From positions 86,862,001-86,926,000 of the forward strand of contig OZ024745.1 of the NCBI GenBank assembly GCA_964016885.1: a stretch of 64,000 nucleotides of DNA, written 5' to 3'. The notes under the pieces are model-generated. The model saw nothing but the letters and a program-made list of their open reading frames with translations, was not told the origin of the DNA and did no database searches. The translations under genes were made by a program, and so were the position numbers. The DNA comes from Eledone cirrhosa (Eukaryota). This document shows positions 1-12,594 of the stretch, piece after piece; position 1 is the stretch's first letter, and every line of letters starts with the position of its first letter.

Positions 1-45
1 TGTATGTATACGTAATACATATATGTATACAGACGTACAGTAGCA

Positions 46-95
<50 letters not shown>

Positions 96-415
96 TACAT
101 ACAGGTACACATACATATATGTACGCATCAGTTTAGCGGACGCTTATTATAACGCCGCTTTGTTCGTTTGTAAACAAACTGAACAGCCTGAATTTATGCC
201 ATACGGTGTTAAGGCAACCACGTCACCTTTTTGTTCAACACTGACACAGGAACGATGTACTAGTTTCAAGCTTGTTAGCTATCATCAGCACCGTATACCC
301 ATCTGCCAGATAGTTGAACGTTCGAAAGTATATACTTTCCTTATGAAAATTAACGGCTGAGCAGCCTAATTTGCATATTGAGTGAGTTAAATATATGTAT
401 GTGTACCTGTATGTA

Positions 416-489
<74 letters not shown>

Positions 490-545
490 TGCTACTGTAC
501 GTCTGTATACATATATGTATGTACGTATACATACATACTTACATA
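1..545 (-). mobile_element. Copy of the 474-bp HHR-bearing repeat (family A) with an inverted right arm
   Basis: 1-391 is near-identical to the units at 8607-9829; 392-543 is the reverse complement of the unit start; it is embedded in (TA)n and truncated by the window edge. Confidence 0.85.
252..294 (-). ncRNA. Minimal type-I hammerhead ribozyme (family A)
   Basis: Minus strand reads ACGGTG CTGATGA TAGCT-AACA-AGCTT GAAA CTAG TA CATCGT: intact core, stem I ACGGTG/CATCGT, palindromic stem III, GUA cleavage triplet. Confidence 0.85.
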
Positions 546-1454
546 TATATATATATATATATATATGTAAAATAAGTGAGTTTGGAAGTAACTACATTGC
601 AAATGGAACTATAAATATCAATGTATGTAATTCTATCAGAATGGAAAAGAAACGAGAAAGAAATCTTACTTTAGAAATATTTTACAGTTTCATATATTTC
701 GGATAATATACCTCTTGATAAAAAAAACAAACAACTATTAACGAAAGTTGAAAGAGTGGAATTAAACGATCATTCTGTTATATTTTGTGGCAGCGTTATA
801 TATATTTTGTGGCAGTGTTTGTGACAGTAATGTTTACAAATACATAGTCAGACTTTCTAGAATTTCACTGTCTTATCAACTGGCTATAGTGGTGTTGGTT
901 TTTGCTACAGCCTTTTTATAGTAGGATTTTCTCCTCTTTCTATTTGGCATAAATATGTTCACTGTAGGCACATTGTTCATGTTTTTTGTCAACCGCGTAT
1001 CTTCGATTTTCCCTTTTTGATTACTTTGATTTAAGCTGTCGCGTTTTAAGCGTTTGCTCTCCTTGTTCTGTTATACTGTTTTCACCAATGTATGTATACA
1101 TTAAAAATGTTTTGACAAACCCGGTGCAATGTATAAGTTACACACACACACCTAATGTACATGTAACATACAGGGATACCACTTTATCCAGATGTTGAGA
1201 CAGTAAAGGTGTAATATATATATATATATATATAAATTAATAATTTAATAAACAAGGAACGAAGCCGAATATATTTATATATATCCATCCATGATCCCAT
1301 TACTCCTGATAGAGTTGTTGAGGCGCCGTAAGGGCGTTTCTAGGGCATTTCAAAGCTTCGCGCAGGTCTTAATAAGGTCTTAATAAGCAGATTTTTTCCA
1401 GAGAAGGATAGAAAATGAAAGAGAGGAAGTCAGGCAGAGATACAAAGGAAGAAT

Positions 1455-1610
1455 CAACCCAGTACTAGACTGGTACTTTTTTATCGACCACGAAAGGATG
1501 AATAATAAAGATGACCTCGATGGAATTTGAATCCAGAGAGCAGAAAGCCAGAACGAATACCCCGAAGTATTCTATCGGACGTTCTAACGACTCTGCCATT
1601 TCGCCGCCTA
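1455..1610 (-). mobile_element. Diverged tRNA-derived SINE
   Basis: Shares ACTGGTACTTT..TTATCGAC..GAAAGGATGAA..ACCTCG..GGAATTTGAA with the younger SINE copies in the window. Confidence 0.75.
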
Positions 1611-1759
1611 TGATTATATATATATACAATAATTAAATAGATAATTAAGCAGATTTTATACTAAGACTTCATAGTATTTGTGAAAATAAAAGTATTTTAC
1701 ACAGAAAAGTAAGTAAGTAAGAATAAATAAGAAACCAATATATATAATACATATCTCGT

Positions 1760-2190
1760 CAGATTCTTGGTGTCTCTACGAGACCGCATCTCAAACACAA
1801 CATCCGAGAACAATGCCAGCAACAGCTGACCATTGAAGACCAAATTCGGCAACGTAGGCTACAGTGGTGTGGTCACGTCTTCAAGATGAGCACCGGAAGA
1901 CTACCACTCCAACGTTTGTAACGACTGGGACCCATGCACTGGAAAATCCAACGCAGCGCACCGAAGAAGACATGGGCGAAACAAATCGGGGAGGACTTGA
2001 AATCGCAGCATCAAGACCTCGACCATGCTAAAGTCAGCGCCATAGATGGAAAAACGTGGAAGAACATCAACATCGGGATCCATCATCGAGCGACACCCAC
2101 AGCAGCACATTGGTTGAGAGGACAACCTCCCCCAATCGCCAGCTAGGGGTAAAGAAAGAAGAAGGAGAAGGAGGAAAAGAAGAAGAAGAT
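1760..2190 (+). mobile_element. 3' end of an RTE-clade LINE (decayed)
   Basis: Translates to IRQRRLQWCGHVFKM..RLP...PKKTW, the typical RTE C-terminus, followed by a (GAA)-rich tail. Confidence 0.7.
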
Positions 2191-3272
2191 TATCTTGAAG
2201 GAATCTTCATGTTCGTGACCGAAAAATGTTGCAATAATTACATCCGAATAGTTCTGTAAAATTTCAGTTAGTTTTTCGTTATACTCTGCATAGAACTACG
2301 TTTTGCCTTTACGGTTCAAGCTCGGTGGAATATGGCCGCTAATGAATACCTATTGTTTAAGTAAATCATCATTATAATTTGTTATATCTTAAAACATTTT
2401 ATATATTTATTTGTTAACATAATTATTTCATAATTATTAACAAGCTGCTACTATTTTAAAGTTACTGATATTAGAGATTATAAATACAATTTAATCACAC
2501 ACAAAAAAGAAAAGAAACATGGGCTCTAAATATATACAAATAACACCACATTATCTGTTACCTTTTTACTTCAACACACCTGCTCACATTACTTTCTGCC
2601 CCTGAGTATGTGGTGTTTTCTTGTTTTACACCGTGGCTTAGCTGCTCTTTGCAACCGGTAACCTCGATTTCTACTTTTTGATTACATTGTTTTAAATTGT
2701 CACGTTTTAATTGTTGTTGCCCTTGTTCTGTTGTACCGTTTTTACCAATATATGTATATATTAAGAATGTTTTGAGAGAGCCGATGTAATGCTGCTAGGA
2801 AATATAATGGTAGAACTAATATAGACTATACACGAGGACAAAATCCACAGCAGGATTTATCTTGCATTTCATAATATTTCAAGGTTGGAATCTGAAATGA
2901 AGAAACAATCGGTCGGAGGGTCTTCTTCTTAGGAGCTGTTCTTTGTTGTAAGACTAATTGAGAGGGAGATAGAAAAGAATATTGACAAAAATATTGAAAA
3001 AAAGAGGGAGAAAGAGAGGGAGAGAGAAGAAAGATAAAGATAAAGAGGGGCGAAGTGAGCGAAGTGAGCGAAGAAATAAATTTTATATGGTTGAGCAGTC
3101 AGAATGTAAATATATCATTCATTATGTTATGTTTATATTATTTATAAAGGTAAAGTTAAAAAATTAAATTAATTATAAAAAAATATTTACAAAAGAATAT
3201 TGTTATAATTTAGTTAAAAATTTAACCAGAAATTTAATTAAAATTTGATTAGAATTTAATTAAAATTTAATT

Positions 3273-4370
3273 AATTACAATAAGATATATTACGAAAAGA
3301 AGTATTTAAAAATTTATTAAGATGTATTAATACTATATAGGTTTAGATGGGTATGTTATGTTATAGTTTATAAATTATTTGAATGTATAGTATTTTGCAT
3401 TGGAAAAACAAAACAAATATAGTTTAATTGATTAAAGTAAGTTTGGCAAAATTATATTTAGCCAGAGTTTATTAATAGTTATAAGTCAAATCTTAAACAT
3501 CAAATATTTATGGAGATGTACGAGAGTTTAGAAAGGAAAAATTATTTAATTAGGAGTATATATTAAAACAATTTACAATTTCGACTATAAATTAAGACTA
3601 TAAAAATTGAGATTATAAAAACAATAAGGAAGTTTAAAGGAAGTTAAAAGGGATTTTCTTAAAACTCAAATGACTCCAAGGATAGATAAAAATTACTACG
3701 AAAGTTATAAGAAGTTATAAAAATTCATCTTAAAATATAATTAAAATATAAGACATAATTATTCCACATATATATAAATAATCTAAATGATTGGATATAT
3801 ATGAAAATACATAAGTATTAAAAATAATTGGATATATATGAAAATACATAAGTATTAAACATTTTTAGAATATTGGAAGATGTAGGGATAATGGAAGATA
3901 TGAAAATATTGGTTTTTCGTATCTTTCAAAAGAACCTTTCAAAAATTTAATCATAAGTTTTACAAAAATTTCCAGGAGGTGTTTCAAAGGAAATTTTTAG
4001 AATTTTTCGAAACATTTTCATAAAAGAATTTCTGGAGGTAGGATTGAAAAGTGCGATCATATAAGTATTAGAAAGTAAAGGTTTTAAGGAGTAAATTAAA
4101 ATTAATAAGTGTACTTTATATATTTAGGAAGGTTAGAATTATATTGATATATATAATCTGAGGGAAGAGATTATAGGTGTTTGGATGTAGAAAACGCTAT
4201 GTAAGGAAGAATGAATATATATTACATTTTATATATATATCTAAAAGTGAGTTTAACCGATGTTTACAAGAACTAAATAAATTATTCCGCAAATTAATAG
4301 AGTTCTTAGATTTTAGTATAAATAATATTTCCTCTACACAAAGGCTACAAAATTTGGATCGAGCTGTGTA
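3273..4370 (-). repeat. Inverted copy (~1.1 kb) of the Penelope-like 3' region
   Basis: Reverse complement matches 4779-5875 at high identity. Confidence 0.9.
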
Positions 4371-4468
4371 CTACCACTACGAATTTAGTGCAGAATATTA
4401 ATAGAATTAATAATAGAAACTTAAAACTTAACCAGAATAGCATTAATACTCCTAGCAATATCCAATAA

Positions 4469-4920
4469 AATGTTACGGCTCCCAATAATATAACTTCAGA
4501 TAAATGTAATTGTAGAAATAAATCTAACTGTCCTCTAAATAATAACTGTTTAGTTAAAAATATAGTATACAATTGTAATGTCAAAACCAAAGATAATTCC
4601 TTCAACTATGTCGGCTCTACTTCGACAGACTTCAAATCTCGTTTCAATAACCATAAATGTTCCTTTACGAATATTACCAAGAAATCTTCAACTTCTCTAT
4701 CCAATTTATTATGGAATTTAAAATCCAAGAATATAAACTACTCTTTATCTTGGAATATTTTCTCCAAAGCACCATCTTACACAGCTCTATCCAAATTTTG
4801 TAGCCTTTGCGTAGAGGAAATATTCTTTATACTAAAATCTAAGAACTCTATTTATTTGCGGAATAATTTATTTAGTTCTTGTAAACATCGGTTAAACTCA
4901 ACTTTTAGATATATATATAA
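4469..4920 (+). pseudogene. GIY-YIG endonuclease domain of a Penelope-like element (possibly Naiad-type)
   Basis: Open frame without ATG: KCNCRNKSNCPLNNNCLVKNIVYNC...NYVGSTSTDFKSRFNNHKCSF...STSLSNLLWNLK...LSWNI...FCSLCVEEIFFI...SSCKH, ending TAA at 4920. Confidence 0.85.
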
Positions 4921-6152
4921 AATATAAAATATGTTCATTCTTCCTTACATAACGTTTTCTACATCCAAACACCTATAATCTCTTCCCTCAAATTATATAT
5001 ATCAATATAATTCTAACCTTCCTAAATATATAAAGTACACTTATTAATTTTAATTTACTCCTTAAAACCTTTACTTTCTAATACTTATATGATCGCACTT
5101 TTCAATCCTACCTCCAGAAATTCTTTTATGAAAATGTTTCGAAAAATTCTAAAAATTTCCTTCGAAACACCTCCTGGAAATTTTTGTAAAACTTATGATT
5201 AAAATTTTGAAAGGTTCTTTTGAAAGATACGGAAAACCAATATTTTCATATCTTCCATTATCCCTACATCTTCCAATATTCTAAAAATGTTTAATACTTA
5301 TGTATTTTCATATATATCCAATTATTTTTAATACTTATGTATTTTCATATATATCCAATCATTTAGATTATTTATATATATGTGGAACAATTATGTCTTA
5401 TATTTTAATTATATTTTAAAATGAATTTTTATAACTTCTTATAACTTTCGTAGTGATTTTTATCTATCCTTGGAGTCATTTGGGTTTTAAAAAAATCCCT
5501 TTTAACATCCTTTAAACTTCCTTATTGTTTTTATAATCTCAATTTTTATAGTCTTAATTTATAGTCGAAATTGTAAATTCTTTTAATATATACTCCTAAT
5601 TAAATAATTTTTCCTTTCTAAACTCTCGTACATCTCCATAAATATTTGATGTTTAAGATTTGACTTATAACTATTAATAAACTCTGGCTAAATAACATTT
5701 TGCCAAAGTTACTTTAATCAATTAAACTATACTTGGTTTGTTTTCCAATGCAAAATACTATACATTCAAATAATTTATAACCTATAACATAACATACCCA
5801 TCTAAACCTATATAGTATTAATACATCTTAATAAATTTTTAAATACTTCTTTTTGTAATATATCTTATTGTAATTTATCTCTCTCCCTCTCAATTTTTTG
5901 TCTCTCTCCCCTTTATATCTATTTTGTCTCTCTCCCCTTTATATCTATTTTGTCTCTCTCCCTTTTACATCTATTTCCTTCCAACAGTTTAATTTAAATA
6001 AACCGTTGTTTTTTTCAATTTTTCTGACACTCATTTGCATACTCACTCACAACTTTGTATGACCCTCAATTATCTCCACTATCCAGCGAATTTCAACCGT
6101 TGAGGTTGTCTTTTTTCCGGGTATGTTAATATTTATTCATAAAACAAATCTG

Positions 6153-6218
6153 TATTTTATCTGATGAAAGCGCACCATAATTTACCTTGGTCGCCCTTGA
6201 AATATATATTATAAAGTA
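6153..6218 (+). ncRNA. Type-I hammerhead ribozyme in the Penelope-like pseudo-LTR (family B)
   Basis: TATTTTAT CTGATGA AAGCGCACCA..TGGTCGCCCTT GAAA TATATA TT ATAAAGTA; stem II is imperfect. Confidence 0.75.
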
Positions 6219-6331
6219 ATTATGGTTTTATAAATATAGTTTCCATATATTGTATATTTACTCCACTAAACTGTTGAGTGCTTTATATCAGTTATAAACA
6301 TTTTAAAGCTTGTTGAATCCCAACAAATTAA

Positions 6332-6665
<334 letters not shown>

Positions 6666-6670
6666 TGTAT

Positions 6671-7103
6671 ACTAGACCTGAAAAATGCGCAAGCTCAAAA
6701 GAGCGACAGAATACTTTAATAAACCTTCAAAAGTGTGGGACTAGAGTTGTTGCTCACAAATATTGTAATCATTATCTAGCGTACACTCTGTGGCATCCTT
6801 TTATAAAAAAGAGACTCATAACGAACTCAAGAAGACACGATAATTATTTAAGCTAATGTTCAATATCTCATATTAGATGTTTACGAAAGGCACTTAAACC
6901 GAATTCTATATTATAAATTCACTTAAATAATTATCGTGTCGTCTTCAGTTCGTTATGAGTCTCTCTTTTATAAAAGGATGCCACAGAGTGTACGATAGAT
7001 AATGATTACAATATTTTTGAGCAACAACTCTAGTCCCACACTTTTGAAGGTTTATTACAACATTTTGTGGCTCTTTTGAGCTTGCGCATTTTTCAGGTCT
7101 AGT
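6671..7103. repeat. Fold-back inverted repeat (~180-bp arms, ~70-bp spacer)
   Basis: 6671-6853 is the reverse complement of 6921-7103. Confidence 0.9.
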
Positions 7104-7860
7104 TTCATATTTTTTAAGGCAACGCTTGTAATAACTCTAGTTACACATGATATATATTAATAATAAATTATCGTTGTAATGTAATTAGATTAGATAATTG
7201 TTATTTTATAAATGATCTTATAAATATTATTGTAAGATGTATAAAAATATTTTCAGACTTTTAATATAAACAACTACAAAAAGCAATCAACATTAAATAA
7301 ATATATTTTACATAATAATTGTTATAGTTGAATTAATAAAAATTAAATATTACATACAAATAGTCTAACATAATAATAAAAAAAAAATCTAACATAATAA
7401 TAATAAGATGATCTAACATAAAACGAACAATAATATGGACAAAGATACAAGTAAATATGATACAACCAATATTATAAGCATGTTATAACGAACTGAAAAA
7501 AAAAAATTGTTAATATAAATTAAAAAAATCATATATAAATTAACAATATAACTTACCAAAACGAGAACAATATTTTGATGATAAACGACGAAATACAGAA
7601 GGAAGATTCGAAAGCGAAACGATAAATAAACGTGCAAACAAAGTGGTGGATGCTGTTGAGAGTCAATTACTCTCATTTACTCTCATTGGTTGATTAGCCA
7701 ATAAGACGATGAAATTAGCCAATAAGACGATACATTACAAAAGATGTTTGGCAGGGATTACCACGGCCAGCAAAACCCCTTGAAATTTTTATTCACAAGC
7801 TACGCATATATATCAGACATGCAGACTTAAACCATTCTGTTGTTAGTCGCTGCATGTCTA

Positions 7861-7917
<57 letters not shown>

Positions 7918-8203
7918 TATAAGAGTGTGTTTTTGTGCGAGTGTGTTGGAGTGAGGGCTTATATGTGTGCGTGTGTGAGTGTGTTTGTAGACACCTGACC
8001 ATAGCCATTGTTAGCTTAAGTGAACCTTAAATGTCAGGAGTAGCAGCCCCAGGGTGAACTTGACTATAGAATTCTTTCTGCCTTTGTTACTCTAAATATA
8101 GTTTTTAAAGAATTCCCGTTTCTTTAAACCCATCAACCAATGACCCCCACCCACTCCTACAACCAGAAAAGATATAAATATTACCATATTACTTTGACAG
8201 TCG

Positions 8204-8252
8204 GCTTCCTGGTGATTTCTCCCGAATGAAACAATTCTAGTCCTGTAGAAGC
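8204..8252 (+). ncRNA. Degenerate hammerhead ribozyme (family F)
   Basis: GCTTC CTGGTGA TTTC..GAAT GAAA CA-loop-TG TA GAAGC; the core has an A>G change; same family as 19131-19270. Confidence 0.6.
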
Positions 8253-8280
8253 TTTTTCTAGATTTTTTATATATATATAT

Positions 8281-8585
8281 ATATCACAAAAAAAAGAGAA
8301 TCAGTTTTGCGTCGAATGGAATTTATTGGACATATTACAATCGTTTCTCTGGCGACCAGCTCGAGGCACGATCGATGTGATGATCGATTTTCAGAGTCAG
8401 GTTCGATCATCATATCGATCGTGACTCAAGCTGGTCTCCAGAGAAACGATTGTAATATGTCCAATAAATTCCATTCGTAGCAACACTGATTCTCTTTTTT
8501 TGTGATATCATACTCTGCTCTGTGAGAGTATCGAGTGCTCAAACAGCCTTCCGCATACGGATGCTTTAAGCATCCAATACCAATT
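8281..8585 (+). mobile_element. Fold-back element with the 3' half of an HHR, between (TA)n tracts
   Basis: Arms 8281-8387 and 8403-8507. The right arm has GAAA CGATTG TA ATATG then AATAAA, as in the HHR at 20172; TACTC..GAGTGCT lies downstream. Confidence 0.65.
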
Positions 8586-8929
8586 ATATATATATATATA
8601 TATATATAAATTGAAACAAAATGAAAACGAAATTTCATTTCTCACTCTTAGTATGGCACTTACTTAAATGTAAGTATGCATGTATACGTACATACATATA
8701 TGTATACAGACGTACAGTAGCATGCACACATATATATATATACATATATATATATACATATATATATATACATATGCATACAGGTACACATACATATATG
8801 CACGTATCAGTTTAGCGGCGCTTATTATAACGTCGCTTTGTTCGTTTGTAAACAAACTGAACAGCCTGAATTTATGCCATACGGTGTTAAGGCAACCACG
8901 TCACCTTTTTGTTCAACACTGACACAGGA

Positions 8930-8972
8930 ACGATGTACTAGTTTCAAGCTTGTTAGCTATCATCAGCACCGT
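8930..8972 (-). ncRNA. Minimal hammerhead ribozyme (family A)
   Basis: Identical core and stems to 252-294. Confidence 0.85.
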
Positions 8973-9403
8973 TTACCCATCTGCCAGATAGTTGAACGTT
9001 CGAAAGTATATACTTTCCTTATGAAAATTAACGGCTGAGCAGCCTAATTTGCATATTGAGTGAGTTAAATCGGTCAGGCATACCGAAAACGATAAATTGA
9101 AACAAAATGAAAACGAAATTTCATTTCTCACTCTTAGTATGGCACTTACTTAAATGTAAGTATGCATGTATACGTACATACATATATGTATACAGACGTA
9201 CAGTAGCATTCACATATATATATATATATATACATATATATATACATATGCATACAGGTACACATACATATATGCACGTATCAGTTTAGCGGCGCTTATT
9301 ATAACGTCGCTTTGTTCGTTTGTAAACAAACTGAACAGCCTGAATTTATGCCATACGGTGTTAAGGCAACCACGTCACCTTTTTGTTCAACACTGACACA
9401 GGA

Positions 9404-9446
9404 ACGATGTACTAGTTTCAAGCTTGTTAGCTATCATCAGCACCGT
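9404..9446 (-). ncRNA. Minimal hammerhead ribozyme (family A)
   Basis: Identical copy 474 bp from 8930-8972. Confidence 0.85.
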
Positions 9447-10160
9447 TTACCCATCTGCCAGATAGTTGAACGTTCGAAAGTATATACTTTCCTTATGAAA
9501 ATTAACGGCTGAGCAGCCTAATTTGCATATTGAGTGAGTTAAATCGGTCAGGCATACCGAAAACGATAAATTGAAACAAAATGAAAACGAAATTTCATTT
9601 CTCACTCTTAGTATGGCACTTACTTAAATGTAAGTATGCATGTATACGTACATACATATATGTATACAGACGTACAGTAGCATGCACATATATATATATA
9701 TATACATATATATATACATATGCATACACATATATATATATACATATATATATACATATGCATGCACATATATATATATATATACATATATATATACATA
9801 TGCATACAGGTACACATACATATATGCACTTTATAATAAGCGCCGCTAAACTGATACGTGCATATATGTATGTGTACCTGTATGCATATGTATATATATA
9901 TGTATATATATATATATATGTGCATGCTACTGTACGTCTGTATACATATATGTATGTACGTATACATGCATACTTACATTTAAGTAAGTGCCATACTAAG
10001 AGTGAGAAATGAAATTTCGTTTTCATTTTGTTTCAATTTATCGTTTTCGGTATGCCTGACCGATTTAACTCACTCAATATGCAAATTAGGCTGCTCAGCC
10101 GTTAATTTTCATAAGGAAAGTATATACTTTCGAACGTTCAACTATCTGGCAGATGGGTAA

Positions 10161-10203
10161 ACGGTGCTGATGATAGCTAACAAGCTTGAAACTAGTACAT
10201 CGT
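10161..10203 (+). ncRNA. Minimal hammerhead ribozyme (family A)
   Basis: ACGGTG CTGATGA TAGCTAACAAGCTT GAAA CTAG TA CATCGT read directly on the + strand; predicted cleavage after 10197. Confidence 0.88.
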
Positions 10204-10446
10204 TCCTGTGTCAGTGTTGAACAAAAAGGTGACGTGGTTGCCTTAACACCGTATGGCATAAATTCAGGCTGTTCAGTTTGTTTACAAACGAACAAAGCGA
10301 CGTTATAATAAGCGCCGCTAAACTGATACGTGCATATATGTATGTGTACCTGTATGCATATGTATATATATATGTATATATATATATATATATGTGCATG
10401 CTACTGTACGTCTGTATACATATATGTATGTACGTATACATGCATA

Positions 10447-10499
<53 letters not shown>

Positions 10500-10529
10500 A
10501 GATCAAAAGATGGTTAAAAGAATTCCATG

Positions 10530-10600
10530 TATTTTATTATGCGCATTTCAAAAACAAATATCATCATGGGATGATACTTGTGTTCTCATCAGATAAAACA
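10530..10600 (-). ncRNA. Hammerhead ribozyme (family C, inverted arm)
   Basis: TGTTTTAT CTGATGA GAACACAAGTATC..GATATTTGTTTTT GAAA TGCGCA TA ATAAAATA. Confidence 0.8.
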
Positions 10601-11823
10601 GGGAGGCATGATATGAAGTTTAAAAAACACTTGCGAACAGTGAAGTGTTAAATCTACATATGAAAAATAAAATAAGATGGATATATGAGATTGGGAAAAA
10701 AAAGAAGGAAGGGGGAAGGAAAAGGTAAGGAAGGGGAAGAAATAAAAACAAAGGATGACGGGGGAGGAGTATAAGAAGGAAGGATGGGAGAGGTGGATTT
10801 ATTTTCGCTCTGCTTGCACAAATCCCATAGAACTTTCCATAAAGTATACAGCTAATATTTCACTACCTAATTAGTTTAAAATCTTCTTTTCTCAAACGCT
10901 TTTATATCTTTACAAATATACCCATCTTTCTACTTTATTTCAGTATATTATATTATACAATTTACTCATTCTATGTCGTTAGCAGTCCCCTATTTTTTCT
11001 TCTTTTTTATCCTTTGTTCCTTTGTTCCTTTTTTCTTTTTTAATTTCTAATCTTTAATCCGTAACTTTTACTTCTCAATTACTTCTTAATTCATATTATT
11101 ACTTACTATAGCATTTTCCTTATATTCTTGGTCATACAAACTATATTTTTAATATATACTAATATTACCATTAGTAAATTTTGTAAACATATTTTTTTGA
11201 CGTTATATATTTTTTCTTCCTTAAATGTTCTACTTTCTTCTCTCCTTCCGTGCTCGTATTAAACCTATTATTTACTTTTTCATATTACAATTCATAGAAA
11301 CAAACTTAGACCCTAACTAATTCCTCTAAGTTCATAATTCATTTAATTTCTTCTTCACTCACATTATCTCCTTAATATTTTTATTTTAATAATACATATT
11401 AATAAATTCTTTTTCGCACATATTATTAAACCCTTCAATATATAAACCTTAAATAAATACTATTCCCTTTTATGATTAAACATAAACATCACCATTCATA
11501 AATCTCATTAACTTTTAATTTCAAATTTTTTTAAAATTATGTATTATCTTACAACGGTTTTATTAATTTCTCTCTGTGAGACAGTGTTTCTCAGTATTAA
11601 AGGCTATCTCTCTCTCACTCATTTCTCTTCATCTCTCACCCTTCCTTCTTATACTCCTCCCCGTCATCCTTTGTTTTTCTTTCTTCCTCTTCCTTACCTT
11701 TTCCTTCTTTTTTTTTTTTCATTTTTTTTCCAATCTCATATATCCATCTTATTTTATTTTTCATATGTAGATTTAACACTTCACTGCTCGCAAGTGTTTT
11801 TAAAACTTCATATTATGTCTCAC

Positions 11824-11894
11824 TATTTTATCTGATGAGAACGCAAATATCATCCCATGAAGATATTTGTTTTTGAAATGCGCATAATAAAATA
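11824..11894 (+). ncRNA. Hammerhead ribozyme (family C)
   Basis: TATTTTAT CTGATGA GAACGCAAATATC..GATATTTGTTTTT GAAA TGCGCA TA ATAAAATA; perfect 8-bp stem I and palindromic stem III. Confidence 0.88.
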
Positions 11895-12014
11895 CATGGA
11901 ACTCTTTTTACCATCTTTTGATCTTATATTATTTATACTCCAGTCCTATAAACTGTTGAGTGCTACTTATCCGATATTTGCATTGCTTTATTGTGCTACA
12001 GTAAAACTTACCTC

Positions 12015-12107
<93 letters not shown>

Positions 12108-12539
12108 AAGTGTTAAAACAATCAAATCTTAGTTTAATACATTTATTTGCTAACAATTGATTCTACCAGAGGGAAGTCTCGAATCATCGGAGCATAGGGA
12201 ATGTCTAAACAGGTGATTAAAATCCTAGTCATTCAGAACATTTAGGTAGATACATAAATGTTGTTAGTGTCATAGACACCATGTAGAAAAACAGGAGTTA
12301 AAAAGATGTTATGCTTGAGAAAACACAATTACAAGGAGCACTGGTTGAAAGTATGAGGTACAAGCAAAAAGTACTTTTTATATATATATATATTTTGAGT
12401 ATATGTAGGTTGTTACCAACACCTCAGTATCCAGATTGGAGCACTCGACGAAGTGCGCAGGTTGGTTTGGTTACTCCAGAGTAATGTAAAATAAGATAAA
12501 ATAAATAAGTCAAATGTTTAAAATTTAGCTTCGTTTATT

Positions 12540-12594
12540 ACTGCTATATATATTTCGGTGACAGCCATCTTTGGCTGTGACCTCTTCAGGCAGT
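12540..12594 (-). ncRNA. Hammerhead ribozyme (family D)
   Basis: ACTGC CTGAAGA GGTCACAGCCA-AAGA-TGGCTGTCACC GAAA TATATA TA GCAGT, immediately followed by AATAAA. Confidence 0.88.

Larger units (their letters stand above)
4371..6330 (+). mobile_element. 5'-truncated Penelope-like retroelement (GIY-YIG region plus pseudo-LTR with HHR)
   Basis: C-terminal endonuclease frame, long AT-rich 3' region, HHR at 6153-6218, end in (TA)n, upstream inverted arm. Confidence 0.85.
8607..10449. mobile_element. Tandem plus inverted array of the 474-bp HHR unit (retrozyme / Penelope pseudo-LTR-like)
   Basis: About 2.5 direct units (starts 8607, 9093, 9567), an inversion near 9830, then ~1.3 inverted units to 10449. 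Units differ mainly in internal (TA)n length and the array is flanked by (TA)n. Confidence 0.9.
10493..12010 (+). mobile_element. Penelope-like 3' region/pseudo-LTR with upstream inverted arm (family C)
   Basis: 10493-10795 is an inverted copy of ~11620-11933, both arms carry an HHR, and AAACTGTTGAGTGCT is shared with the element at 4371-6330. Confidence 0.75.

Noticed and set aside
6930-6955. CTGAAGA on the minus strand as an HHR core
   Set aside because: No matching stem II-GAAA-stem III-NUH arrangement was found.
8838-10295. Repeated 66-aa [15 protein letters not shown]... and the 143-aa mirror ORFs
   Set aside because: TTG start for the 66-aa ORF, antisense to the ribozyme, no domain; the identity reflects recent repeat copying and palindromy.
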